64,000 bases of DNA, taken from Paragordius varius. Lineage: Eukaryota > Animalia > Nematomorpha. Shown in pieces: positions 40,046-53,500 of the stretch (positions are counted from its first letter, which is position 1; every line of letters starts with the position of its first letter). The stretch is from assembly GCA_964247055.1 (NCBI GenBank), contig OZ176056.1:8804001-8868000 (forward strand), read 5' to 3'. Under the pieces are notes generated by a model. The model made no database searches, was not told where the DNA came from, and worked only from the letters and a program-made list of their open reading frames with translations. Both the position numbers and the translations under genes were made by a program.

Positions 40046-41164
40046 ATGGCCAAACTAGCTAAAAAAATTAAAACTGAAACCGCTCTTACAAACGGCTCTG
40101 CTGTGCTGGAAAAATCTGGAAAACGAAAGAAAAGTAGATCAATAATTTTAAGATTTAGACAAAGAACCCGCTCAAGAAGTGGCACCGATCAAAACCAAAA
40201 AAGTCAAAAGTATGTTTCATATTTTGTCTGATATATTATTTCAAAATTATAAGTAATAATTCCTTGTTAAATTAGTTCAACAACCCCCTCCAGCAGAATC
40301 TTCTGATTCCGATGAATCTAAAGAAGAAATGCCCACTAAAAGTAAATCTATTTTCTAATACAATTTTTTTCTAGTAGCAAATGCAAAATCAACTCCTAAA
40401 CCAACTATTGTTGCCAAAACTAATGGCGTCCACAAACCCGCTCAAGAATCTTCAGATGATGATGAGGACAGTTCTGACGAAGAAGTTAAACAACCACAAA
40501 AAAGTAATACAATTTGGGTTTTTAATAAATTTGAGCTTATTACGCAAACTAAAATACCTAAAACTTTCTGCAAAGCTTTTTTTACTACCAATTAGTTTTT
40601 CTGGCAATAATTATTGGAATTGTTTAAAAGACAAAGTCGTATTTGTATAAATTAGTTTATATAATATTTTACATTTATATGAATGCCAAATCCTGATTTA
40701 TTTTTAAGGATCAATTATTTACCAAGTTTAAATATATATATATATATATAAAACCTAAAATATTACTTAGATTCCACAGTCCCACCAACTAACTCAAAAA
40801 CTGCCCCTCTACAAAAACAACCCGCCCTCAGGAAAACCCAAGACTCTGATGATGATGAAGACGACAGCGATTCAGACGATTCTGAAGAGGAGCAGACGAC
40901 TACCACAGTAGTTTCTAACAATAAAAAAGGTAATTTTCATTAATAAATCTGCTTTATATTGCAGTAAAAATTCTCTAAAGAAAATTTGGAAATTCATGAT
41001 TTGCAAATTTTTGCCAACAAAATCTTTGCCAAATTCATATGTCTTCTTAAACAATTTTTCTTAATAATGTATCCATACAAGCAGAAGGAGAAAAAACAAT
41101 TTAATATAGCGTGTTTAATATTTTGCAGTCTTATATTTAAAATCCAATAAAATGATGAGTGCCC

Positions 41165-41197
<33 letters not shown>

Positions 41198-44100
41198 TAA
41201 ATGCGGCCCGTATAAAATAAAAAGTTATTTTTAAAATGTCAGACATATATTACAAGCGGACTGGACTTATTTAAACTATATTTTCCCATATAATCTCTGA
41301 TTATAATCTTAAAATATATATAAAGTTTTTCTGAAAGTTAATTTAGCATTATTTATTGTTATATATAACCCAATTTGAAGTTGTTTTTTGGTTTAACAAT
41401 ATAAATTCCATAAATGTTGGATAATTTTAAGTTATGATACTGTTATATCTTGTATAGGTAAAAATAACCCAAATGCAAAACAATTCAAGCAAAGAAAAAT
41501 ATAAATTTAAATCAACATCAATTGGGATATGAGTTTTTGTGTATGTTCAAATTTTTTTAATATGCGCTTGGTGAATATTGTATAATTTTTATAATAAATT
41601 CCGAAAAAATTATCTGAATTAATCAATAAATGACGTGATTTTTTAACATATACTGGATATGTATAGGCAAAATAAGGAAAATTTTTTAGAGCATACAATT
41701 ATTTTTTATTCCTATTTATGAGTGAGGATAAATTCACCCCTTGTGGTTTTATCAATATAGCTGTATTTGTACAATCGACTATCGTTATAATTTTCTAAAT
41801 TGACAAGTTTTACCCAAAAAACAGTTATTGAATGAATTTGTTTAATTAACCATATTTTTTATATAGCTGGTACAACAGTTCAACCACCTTCAATAACTAC
41901 AAAAGCTGCCGCCCCTCCACAAAAACAACCCGCCGTCAAGAAAACTCAAGACTCTGATGAAGACGACAGTGATTCTGATGATGACGACGATTCTGAAGAG
42001 GAAACAATTAATGCTAAAAAAGGTATTGAGGATAATTTGACATATATTTTGCCTTTTTACTTTTTACAAGTAGTAGATGATCAAAAATGGATAATCCCTT
42101 GCTGTTAAAAATTATCATAATTGATAAATGATTATGGGAACTGAAAAATATTGTAAAAACTGAGAGAAAAGGGGCAAAAAACATGATGAAAAAAAAGACT
42201 TGTTTGAATATATCTTAAACTCTTTAAGAATAGAAAAAAATCATTTTTTTGTTTTGTACATCAGGGCTTATATATACCATTTTTCATGCAAAAACATCAT
42301 TTTTTCAACCAAATGCATCTTTTTTCAACCAAACTCAACATTTTAACAAGCAAACGCAACATTTTTTCAAGCAAAGACAACATTTTTTCGAGCAAACGCA
42401 ACATTTTTTCAAGCAAACGCAACATTTTTTCAAGCAAAGGCAACAATTTTTCAAGCAAACGCAACATTTTTTCAAGCAAATACAACAATTTTTCGAGCAA
42501 ACGCAACATTTTTTCAAGCAAACGCAACATTTTTTCAACCAAAGGCAACGTTTTTTCATCCAAACGCAACATTTTTTCAACCAACGACAACATTTTTTCA
42601 AACAAAAACAACTATTTTTTTAAAATAAAAAACCATTTTGTTTATTTTAAGACATAATAAATTTAAAGTTAGTGTAAATTAATTTTAGCGTAGAATTATG
42701 ATTTTTATTGTTTTATCATCAATATTTGATGGTATGATTGATTTTCAAACATTTTAATTCAGCCCATAAATTGCATTATTTATTAAATATTTTTTTTATC
42801 AATCAATACAATTTGCGCTTTAAGACTCTCTTTAAAAATTTAAAGTTATCCTTCGCTTAAAATTCCTAACATTTTTTGCAGTTTCCATACAACCGTTATT
42901 TTTGTGTGTAATTAACTATTTTTTAAATTTAAACTAATATCTCTATTTATTAGTTTTTGAATCAAATATTTTCATAGTAAAACAACTTTGTTTGATAATT
43001 TTCTTTAATTTATCAATATTATAAATTTATTATTGTTTTAAACTAAATATTATTATTAATATCCCACAAAATATAGATATTTTTTAATATTAATTTATAG
43101 AAAATAATAAGGATATACGGTTCTTATGAAAGAAATGTATTCACTTAAAGGTTTAGGTTAAATAAAAAAATAGGTTTAAATGATTGAATAATAAATATTT
43201 TATTGCCTCATTAATAAACGTTAGAATTAAAATTAAATATTGAAGGATCAACTTGAAGTGTTCTAGGACTAAGTTTAAATGTAAAAGAACAATCTTGAAG
43301 CGCAGTATAGATTGATTAAGTGAAACTTAAATTGTAAAAGAAAAAAATAATTAATATAAATAAATAATGCAATTTATGGGCTGAATTTAAAATCAATCAT
43401 ACCATCAAATATTGATGATAAAACAATAAAAATCATAATTCTACGCTAAAATTAATTTACACTAACTTTAAATTTTTATGTCTTAAAATAAAAAAAAATG
43501 GTTTTTTATTTTAAAAAAATTGTTGTTTTTGCTTGAAAAAATGTTGTCGTTGGTTGAAAAAATGTTGCCTTTGGTTGAAAAAATGTTGCGTTTGCTTGAA
43601 AAAATGTTGCGTTTGCTCGAAAAAATGTTGTCTTTGCTTGAAAAAATGTTGCGTTTGCTTGAAAAAATGTTGAGTTTGGTTGAAAAAATGTTGCATTTGG
43701 TTGAAAAATTGTTGCCTTTGCTTGAAAAAATGTTGAGTTTGGTTGAAAAAATGTTGTATTTGGTTGAAAAAATGTTGCGTTTGCTTGAAAAAATGTTGCG
43801 TTTGCTCGACAAAATGTTTTCTTTGCTTGAAAAAATGTTGCGTTTGCTTGAAAAAATGTTGAGTTTGGTTGAAAAAATGTTGCATTTGGTTGAAAAATTG
43901 TTGCCTTTGCTTGAAAAAATGTTGAGTTTGGTTGAAAAAATGTTGCATTTGGTTGAAAAAATGATGTTTTTGCATGAAAAATGGTATAGTTGTTACACAA
44001 CAAGTGACGACGTCCACGACCACTCAAAAAGTTTCAGAAAAGAAAACTTCAAAAACAGCTGTTATGCCTAAAAAGACTCAAGAAGAAAGTGACGAGGACG

Positions 44101-47100
44101 ATGATTCAGACGAAGAAGATTCTGATGATGACGAGGAAGAAGAACAGCCGAAAACACAGACGACAGCTGTTAAACCAGGTTTGATTTATTGCTTTTACAA
44201 AAAATAAAGGTTAAACAATTAAAAATTAATTAATTCACTCGATAAATGATTGAAAAAATTGTAGTAGCCTTATTTATGCAAAAAATATAAAAACTTTTTT
44301 TTTGATCATCAAGATATAGCAATTTGAAATTTATGTGTATATATATTATGTTATAGAATATTAAAAGGCTAAAATATATTTTCAGAATGTTTAATAAAAA
44401 TTAGATCATAAAATATTATGATATTTATTCTAAAAAGCATATTCATTAAATTTTTTAAAAATATTTTTAATAACAGTCAGTTTTTGATAGAAAAATGTCC
44501 CAATGTGTTTTTCAGAATTTAAATTGTTTTATTTAACATCAGGATCAATGTTTTAATACATATTTATATATTTCGGTGACATGTTGTATAAATTAAAGCT
44601 AATCTTTTTTTGCAAAATCGACACAGCTGTTAAAACTCCAAATGGTGTGTTGTCAGCTGACTCAAAAGCCAAAACAGCTGATGCCGAAGATTCTGATGAG
44701 GAAGAAGAGGACTCTGATGATGATGACGACGATGAAGAAGATGATTCTGATTCCGATGAGGAGGAGGAAGAAGAATCAGCTGATGAAAAGACGACCCAAC
44801 CGAAAAAGGGTAACCCACATGTGTTTTTACTTGATTTCTGGATTAGATTTTAAATATTTGTTTAAATTTGGTTATTTTGAAACTATAAAATCTTGTTTTT
44901 TAATACTGAATGAACTTGAACAAAAATTTTAATTATCAAACTAAAAATTTAAAATATAGCCTAATTTTTTAGAAATGTATCGCTTAAAAATGAAATAAGA
45001 CCTACCTATTTGTGTCCAAATAATAATAATAATCAAGCAAAAGATGTGTTAAAAATTCCTTAAAAAAATATATAATTTATGTTTGAACCGATTTTAATTG
45101 TATATTGATAGTATTTAATTTTACAATATTTTCATATATCTTTTCTATAGGTGGAGACGCATCTGTACCAGAAAATGCTATAAGTATGTTTTTGTTTCAA
45201 TTTATTTTACAAATAAATTTATTTAAATGTTTTTATTATTGTTTAACTTATTTTTTTTTCTTTTGGGATATGTTAGAAAGTTTGACAATCAAATTCAAGG
45301 GAACGGAATTACCGCCTAGCAAAAGTCAATTACTTAAACGGCTCAAGGAATGTGGAATTGAATTGGAAAACGTTGTCACTGAGGGAGAAGCCATGTAATA
45401 ATTATAATTTTTTGTTTTTTTTGTTACGAAAGATTGGTTTAAGTTAAATATTATTTAAAGAGGTTAGTTATTTCTCTAATTTATAAACGCTATTGATATG
45501 TGATGTTTTACAGCTTTAAATTTCAACTAATTGTTGATTTCTTACAGGATTACCTTATCTCATGGATAATTAGCCTTATATAGGCTTTTAATCAATCTAA
45601 AGTTATTTATATCAATTTTAGCATAGTTTTTTAACTATAAAAATTCCAAGCCCATTTTGGAGTATTAATTTTGTTAAAGGATTTTTTTTATTTTATTTTT
45701 AGACACGCTTTCCTAAACTTTGGAAATATTACACCAAAAACAGGAACTTTCGGTGGCGGAAAACAGAATGGTCATGCCGGTATACTATTTTTTAATCTCT
45801 ATTTTAAATTTTTCGGTACATAATATAATTTCATCTACTGTCAAAAATTGTTTTGTTTTTACACATATTGAATTGACTTTTTTATTTTATAAGCATATTG
45901 ACAAAATTGCCTTTTTAAAATATCTTTGCAAATCGAATAAGCGCACTAACTTTTGAACTACTATTTTAAACAATTTATCCTAAAATTACTAATAATTTTG
46001 TGTATATAAAAAACGAGTTATGAGAATTGTCATATATACCGTAATCAATGATGATTGGTTTAATAACGCGTTATTTTGATTCAAAATACCGCTTTACTTA
46101 TTAAACTTCATTTTTTTAATATACCGCTTCAAAGTATAGAATAGAGATGTAAATTGGTGACACAATCAAATATGTGTTTTTTTACAATTGTTGGAATAAT
46201 TTATATGGCAAAAATTCAGGTTTCAAAAAAAAAGCTAATGAATGTTAGATGGAAAACATTATTTGTCTTTATGTTTTTTCCGTATAACTTTAATTATTAT
46301 ATAATATTGATTGGAAAATATTTATAATTATAGGTGGTGGTGGTGGAGCGACATGTTATAATTGCAATCAAGTTGGACACATGTCTTTCGAATGTCCCCA
46401 AAAAAAGTCTGGGGGTGGGGGAGCGAGTCGAGGTTTATACCTACATAAAATTTTGTTTTAAATCGGAATTGAAAAAATTTTAGAAAAAAATAGATTTTAT
46501 TATTAAAGATAATTAGTAAATTGTAAATTTTAGCATATTATTCTTGAATTTTTTGCGTTTTATAGGCTTATTTTACGTTCGTGAATAAAGAGAGGTTTAT
46601 GATTATTTACAGTTCAAATTCATCCTAAAAACAATTATTTGTTTTCGCAATACAACTCATTATTAATATGAAATATATCTTTATGTAATATAGTTTATTT
46701 TTTCAGTATTATTTTAACTTTAAACAAAATTATTTTTTTTAAAAATATATTAAAATATAGGCAATTTTCATTTTTAGCTAACACATATCATAATTTATTT
46801 GAGGGTGAATTTTAATTGTATGTAAATGGTATATAGCGCGGATTTTTGATTCCAAAATTTTAATTTCATATAGGGATTATTATAATCTAAAAATAAGATC
46901 TTAAAATAGGGTTTAATAGCAAAATTAAGAGAATTACGCATTATTTTCTATGAAATTATTAAAAATTAAGCTAACATGCGTATTATCTTATAAAAATATA
47001 TAAATTTTAATCGATAAAGACTTTACAATAAAAGTCGAAAAAAATACGCATTTCAACTTAATTTTTAATAAATTTTATAAATTAGAGTTGTGTTTTTTAA

Positions 47101-49354
47101 AAAAATTATTTATATTTAAAATTTTCATCTTTTACTGAATGTATTTGTAGGTGCATGCTTTAATTGTGGCAAAGAAGGTCACATGTCCAAAGATTGTCCC
47201 AACAAATCTGGAAACCGAGGTGGTTCTAGTGGGGGAGGTATAATAATAAAATACTTTTTAAATTTTTTTACAAGAATTTTCAAAATTATTTTTATTCATG
47301 AATCTTCATTTTTTTTAATTTGATTAATATACAGTAAAACTTCAAATTAAACGGACAAACGACGTGAAACTATAAAGGAAAATGTTTTTTTCTAAAACAC
47401 AACCATATACTTTATCTTGATTTTTTTAATATAACTCCTCTCATTGTTTTATAATTACTAAAATGTAAATTGGTAACGCATTTAATTATGTATACTACGA
47501 TTATAACTAAATGTTTATATAGTTTGTATAAATTAAGATGTAAAGTATGGTGGTTTTTGAAAAAAAAATTGGCTCTATATTTTTGCATTTTGTCCGTTTA
47601 ATTTCAATGTTTACTTCAATTATCACATTTTTTTTTTCCTTTTTTCATCTTTATAATAAAATTTTAAACCAATATAATCAATCTTGAAGTATTTCAAAAT
47701 TGGTTTTTATATACATTTATTTTTACTTATATTATTATATGTTGTTAGGTTGTTTCAAATGCGGTCAAGATGGTCATTTCTCCCGCGAATGTCCAAATGC
47801 TTCCTCTGGAGGTGGGGGTGGACGCAACAATAAAGGTATAAGATGTCTTTTTATGTCTTAAGTTTAAATTATTGATAACAATTTATAACTGTCTATAAAT
47901 TTTTTATGATAAATCATTAGTTGTTTTTAACTATGGTTAATATAATCAGCTTTCTTTCCCAAAAGATATAAGAAATTTTTGTGATAAAAAAACGATATTT
48001 AGTAATTATTTAAAAATATTTTGCATTAATTTATCATACATTTTTTATTGTATTTAGCATCAGTAACCTTATTTGTTCGAAACTTACCGGATTCCGTTAC
48101 AGTCGATAAATTGGAAGAAATTTTCCCAACCGCTAAACAATGCAGAATACCTTCAACTTTTAAAGGGTAAGTAGGGGGTTAAAAAAAATTAGTGGTCTTT
48201 ATAGATAGCTTTTTTGAGAATTTATGGTACCTTTTTACACATGTTTTCAAAATATTTTATAAAAATGAATTATTTTTACTATATTAATTTGTTAACTTTA
48301 TATGTATATATATACATTAAACATAAAATAAAATCCTTCTGCCAATTATTTATATTAATTTTATATTTTCATATATTAAGTTGGTTATTGCTAAAAATTA
48401 ACCGTTTTAAGCAAAATATTATAAATGAATCGTAAATTTCAAAATTTATATTAAAAAATATGTATTGACATAAGGACTCTACCGTGTGTTTAAAAAGATT
48501 ATTATTATATAAAATTTGCTTACAATATGTAATATATATTTAATAATTTTTTCCATAAAATAAATTGATTAAATTTTAACATTTTTTTAATAAAATTCAT
48601 TAAATTTGATCAAATTTTAAGATTTATATTTTACTCTTTATTGCATGCATGCATGCGCAGATTTGCTTTTGTAGAATACGAGAGTGTAGATGAATGTCAA
48701 TCCGGCCTTAAACAAAGTCAAGGCGCTCAAGTTGATGGCCAAGCCATTGAAGTTTCAAAATCAAATCCCCCTTCCTCTGATAATTCCAGAGGTTCTGACA
48801 GCAGCAGAGGTGGAGGCCGTGGCGGTCGGGGTGGTGGCCGTGGGGGAGGCCGAGGGGGTAAACCATTTTTTTTTAGTTTTTTTCTTAAATAGTGGCGCAT
48901 AATCTTTTCCTGTACATTACGATTAATAAATAAGATTTTTCAAAAAGCGGTTCAATTCATAACTTTTATTACAGATTTAACAAATCTTGATGTTATTATA
49001 AAGTGGTTTTTTTGGATAAAAAATCTTTTTATATAGCAAAAAATTGAAAAAATTATTTTATTACGGAAAAATTTATCATTACATAGAGATCATCATATTC
49101 TTAATTTTTTAGCTTTGTTTTGTATAAACCAATTTTTTTTAAATTTTAGCTTTTATGAACCTTTTATTAATGATTTTAAATAATTTTAAACGCTGAGATT
49201 TGCAAAACTTTTTACCGTCATTTGGTCAAAAAATAATGGACTGACTCCTTATATATCTTTATTTCGCTCCTCTAGGTATGAATACCAAAATCAACATTTC
49301 CCCCTATCCAGGTAACGCCATCAATAAAAAAGTTGTCTTTGACGATGATGAATA
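40046..49354 (+). CDS. NCL: Nucleolin-like protein with three CCHC zinc knuckles (about 623 aa). Exons 40046-40133, 40159-40209, 40276-40341, 40375-40503, 40771-40929, 41867-42022, 43990-44178, 44627-44809, 45151-45183, 45277-45394, 45703-45779, 46334-46432, 47151-47237, 47749-47835, 48058-48166, 48661-48857, 49311-49354
   Basis: All junction phases are consistent. Alternating K/P/T-rich and D/E/S acidic tracts; degenerate RRM; CYNC/CFNC/CFKC knuckles; canonical RRM (LFVRNL, KGFAFVEY); RGG box; KKVVFDDDE terminus; AATAAA overlapping the stop. Confidence 0.85.
42275..43986. mobile_element. 1.7 kb foldback element with about 500-600 bp inverted arms built from a 21-bp repeat (CATTTTTTCAAGCAAACGCAA)
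   Basis: TA|TACCATTTTTCATGCAAAAAC at 42275 and its exact inverse ending 43986|TA. The arms also share about 120 bp of unique sequence (42660-42780 versus 43365-43490). Confidence 0.9.
46603..46831. mobile_element. Foldback-type MITE (TACCATTT family), intronic, degenerate left end
   Basis: TTTACAGTTCAAATTCATCC...GAGGGTGAATTT...AAATGGTA|TA; internal core shared with 52425-52820. Confidence 0.7.
47332..47616. mobile_element. pogo/Tigger-like MITE (CAGTA termini); related copies near 50250-50500, 51653-51920, 54470-54750, 55650, 60853-61113, 61597-61885
   Basis: TA|CAGTAAAA(A/C)TT(G/C)AAATTA(T/A)ACGGACAAA inverted ends. Confidence 0.65.
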
Positions 49355-50579
49355 AAATTATTACTATTTTCAGGCACACATATTAAATATAAATTGATAT
49401 AATATACTATTAAATTTTTTTATTCTACGTAAACGGACCACATTATGAATTGAATTCTTGTCGTGAATTTTTTACAAAAAGTCACTGTGAATATTTTTTA
49501 CGATCTAAACTCCCCCTCTGTGTACATAAAAACCCGATATATATACATATTGTCATTTTGTTTTTTTAACTATATATGTTTTAAATGTTTAAGCTATTCC
49601 CAGATATTTTGTGCATTATATATATCTGAGCTGTATACCATCACATGTATATCAAATAAATATCATTTGAAAATTTTAAACATATACTAACTAATTTTGG
49701 GTATTTTTCAAATGTTTGTTTGGCGGTAAGGCCTGTAGATTAATTATGTTTTATTGTTTCTTATAATATTGTGTGCAGCCTTAGTTAAAGTTTAAATTAT
49801 AAACTAAATTTACCAAGATAACTTTATAAAAAATACTTTATATAAATACACTATTTAATTATTAATTTCAAATCCAATTAACAAGATTAGCAAACTATGG
49901 TTTCTCAAAAAATGTCTTTTCGTTTTTACTCAATAATTAATGTACTTCTTTTTGTTAAGTATTATTTTTTTTTAATTAAATTTTGGGGTTCTCGAGCTAT
50001 TAATTTAATATTATAATATGAATTTATTGAATATTTGATATTCTATACATAAAAAAGTCTGCGTTCACACATTACTCTATATGAAAATTTAAAAGACATA
50101 CAAACAGCATTAGTAATAAAAATAAAAAAAATTGAATAAATATTATTTTATAATAGATGCGGCGAATCATAGTAAGAATATGAGCGAAAAATAACGAGTA
50201 TTGAGTTGTGTCTTTGCATAATATGTATTAATATAAATTTTGATAAACGGTAAAAATTGGTAAATAGTTGTGTTTTAGAACAAGAAAGTTTTTAAAATTT
50301 AATATAACTTATGTTTAAAGTTGCTTAGCGGTTTAACGTATAAATTTAAAAATATAAAGACAAATATTTTTTTCTAATTTTACAATTTAAACTAAAAATT
50401 TTATATGGGAAACATTAAGGTATAAAGTATGGTTGTCCTTTAAAAAAAAATATTTGTCTTTAAATTTTACGCTTTGTCCGTATAATTCAATTTTTACTAT
50501 AATGACGGCTTTTTTATAAAAAAAACTTGGTTTATTCTTTTATATTTGACATTTTACGCCTAATTTAAAGTCTATTTTA

Positions 50580-53500
50580 TTAGATTTTACAATCAAATTT
50601 ATTGGTGATTAAGGCTTGAATTAACCATTCATAAGTAACTATTTGAGTATATGGTGTTAAACTATTTTGACAGCAATATCTTTCAATCGTTGCTTTAAAC
50701 CGTTTGACTTCAGTTTTAGAGGAGGTATTTGAAATAGAATCCGCAAATAACATTAAAAGAAATGTCGGTTTATAGCTGGCGATATCATCTGTATAAATAT
50801 TATTATTTAGATTAAAATATATCTTTCAATCTACAATCATTCCAAGCTAACTTAGATTTTCAATTTTAAACTTTGTTGTAATTAAACAAATTATAAATTT
50901 TAATCATAAATTTTGCAAATTATTTTTATTTTAATTACAAATAATTATTAAGCAATAAAGTTTGTGATTAATTATATTTTTAACCCGGTAAAACAATCAT
51001 TTTCAACTAATTTAAAGATATTTTTTCGGACAAACAACCTTTGTTACAGTAAATGTTACGTAAAAATTAGTTAATTTTTTACAATATGACCCATTATAAA
51101 AAATCTAATGTTTCATAATAGTCAAATTTATTAAAATCAATCCTTAAACTGTTTAATAATTTAGTTATGAATAAAACTATAATCATTCAATCCGTATAAA
51201 AAAATTATTGTAAAATAAAATACCCATTCCCGTGAATTCGAGTATACGGACACCAAGATAAGTTAATAAATCTCGACACAAGATTTCTTGTGCCATTTTT
51301 TGTTTTAGGGGACTATTTTTGTCATCAACTTGTTCTTTTTGTTCTATACTAAGTTTACCAGTGACTTTATTTTTATTTCCATTTTTATTGATGGAATTAA
51401 CAATGCAAATCATTACGGTTAAGTTTGTAAAACTTTGAAATGATTTTAAGGATTGCGAAATTATGGCACCAGTAGAAAGGCATTTTCCTGTTTCATAAAA
51501 AAAATATATTTTGAGAACAAAAAATTTTTTTATAAATATATACAGTATGCATTTTAATGGTTGCTTATTACATAAAACACTATAGTAGGGGGCAATTTGC
51601 AATATAACACAGTAGTGTATGGAAAAAACAACAAAATGTTGAATAAGCAATTACAGCAAAAATTGAAATTATACGGACAAAACTTTTTTTTAAAAGACAG
51701 CCCTACTTTTTAAATCTTGATTATTTTCAATAAAACTCATTATTCTAATCGAAGATGTATCAAATACAGATGGTAAATAAGAACTCCATCAATTTTATAA
51801 TTTACAGTGGTATATAAATATTTTATATAAGTAATATTAAGGTAAAAAAAAGTATGGTTATCTTTTGAAAAAAATATTTGTCTTTATATTTTTACGTTTT
51901 GTCCGTTTAATTTCACTTTTATTGTATTTCCTTTCTTTTTTCCATACACTACTGTTGTGTTGCAATTTGCCCTGCTTTACTATAATGTGAAATAAGCAAC
52001 GATTAAAATGCATACTGTAAACCTTAAAATATATGAAATTAATAAAATCATATAATATTATTCTTGTAAATTGATAAATTATTTACCTTTAAAGCGGAAA
52101 AAAACTATTTTATAAATATTTACAGTTATATTAATTGCTTTCTTTGATTTTTCCTGTTATAATAGGTAAAACTATTTTTTTCACTTTATTTCTGTATAAA
52201 AAGTTTTCTTTACAAATAATAAATAAAAATTTCAGAATCTAAAAATATACCATTTACAATTCATACTCACCCTAAAAATAAATTATGTGTTTTCGAACTA
52301 ATATAAGTCATCATTATATGAAATATATCTTAATAGCATAGTTTATTATTTTTCCAGTAATATTTTAATTTTAAACAAAACTTCCACTTATAAAAATATA
52401 AATAAGTGATTTTTATCTTAAATATACCATTTACAGTTCAAATTCACCCTTAAACAATTCAAATTCACCCTTGAACAATTCAAATTCACCCTTGAACAAT
52501 TCAAATTCACCCTCGAACAATTCAAATTCACCCTAAAAATAAATTATGTGTTTTCGAACTAATATAACTCATTATTAATATAAAATATACCTTTATGGCA
52601 TAATTAATTATTTTTTTCAGTATTATTTTAATTTAAAACAAAATTTTATTTGTTAAAAATATATTAAAATATAGGTAATTTTTAATCTTAAAAAACATGT
52701 TATTTATTTGAGGGTGAATTTGAATTGTTCGAGGGTGAATTTGAATTGTTCAAGGGTGAATTTGAATTGTTCGAGGGTGAATTTGAATTGTTTAAGGGTG
52801 AATTTGAACTGTAAATGGTATAACACTTAATTTATGAATTTGAATTGTTCATGGGTGAATTTGAACTGTAAATGGTATACTTTTTTACAAAAAAAAAATG
52901 AACGATCACGCGTCAAAAATTTGACTGTAAATTTCCATAAATATAACTCTCCAATCAAAAAAATATTTTCATATCAAAATAAACGAGTTAATAAAGGCAG
53001 AATTTACACCTGCAGGTAAAAGGTAACGACTAAAATCGGTTATAATGGTTCCTTCACGCAAACATTCATAGATGAAAATGTGAGATAGGATGGGTATATC
53101 ACATGCTAAACTCTTTAGAAACTTTTCAGTCCTGGCATACGAATCTGATATACATATAAGAGTGGTTGTTTGGAAATTATCGCAAGGTTTTATTAAAGCA
53201 GAATTAGTATTTTCAGGAATAGTACGTGTGCTTTTAAACGCAATCAAATCTGCCCAGGGGGGAAATGTTTCTAGGATACAGCCACCATTGCTTTTGATAA
53301 GTGTTTCCAGTTGAAATCTACAGTAAAATATGTAAAATATGACTAAAATTTATGGTAAAAAAATGTGAAATACAATAAAAAAAAGGCGTTAGTTAAATAA
53401 GTGTATTATAAAAGTTTAAAAATTTTATATTTATAAAGAGCCAAATAGGTAAAAAACAGACCAAATTTTTAATAGAGTTAACCATATTTTCTAGATTACA

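Noticed and set aside
42249-44071. Multiple 88-183 aa ORFs on both strands (LLEKMLR, QHFFKQ, SSKRNIF, KKCCV heptads) resembling leucine zippers
   Set aside because: They are by-products of a 21-bp (3n) repeat in the inverted arms of a transposon and are open in nearly all frames. Only the splice-linked frame is kept as a hypothesis.
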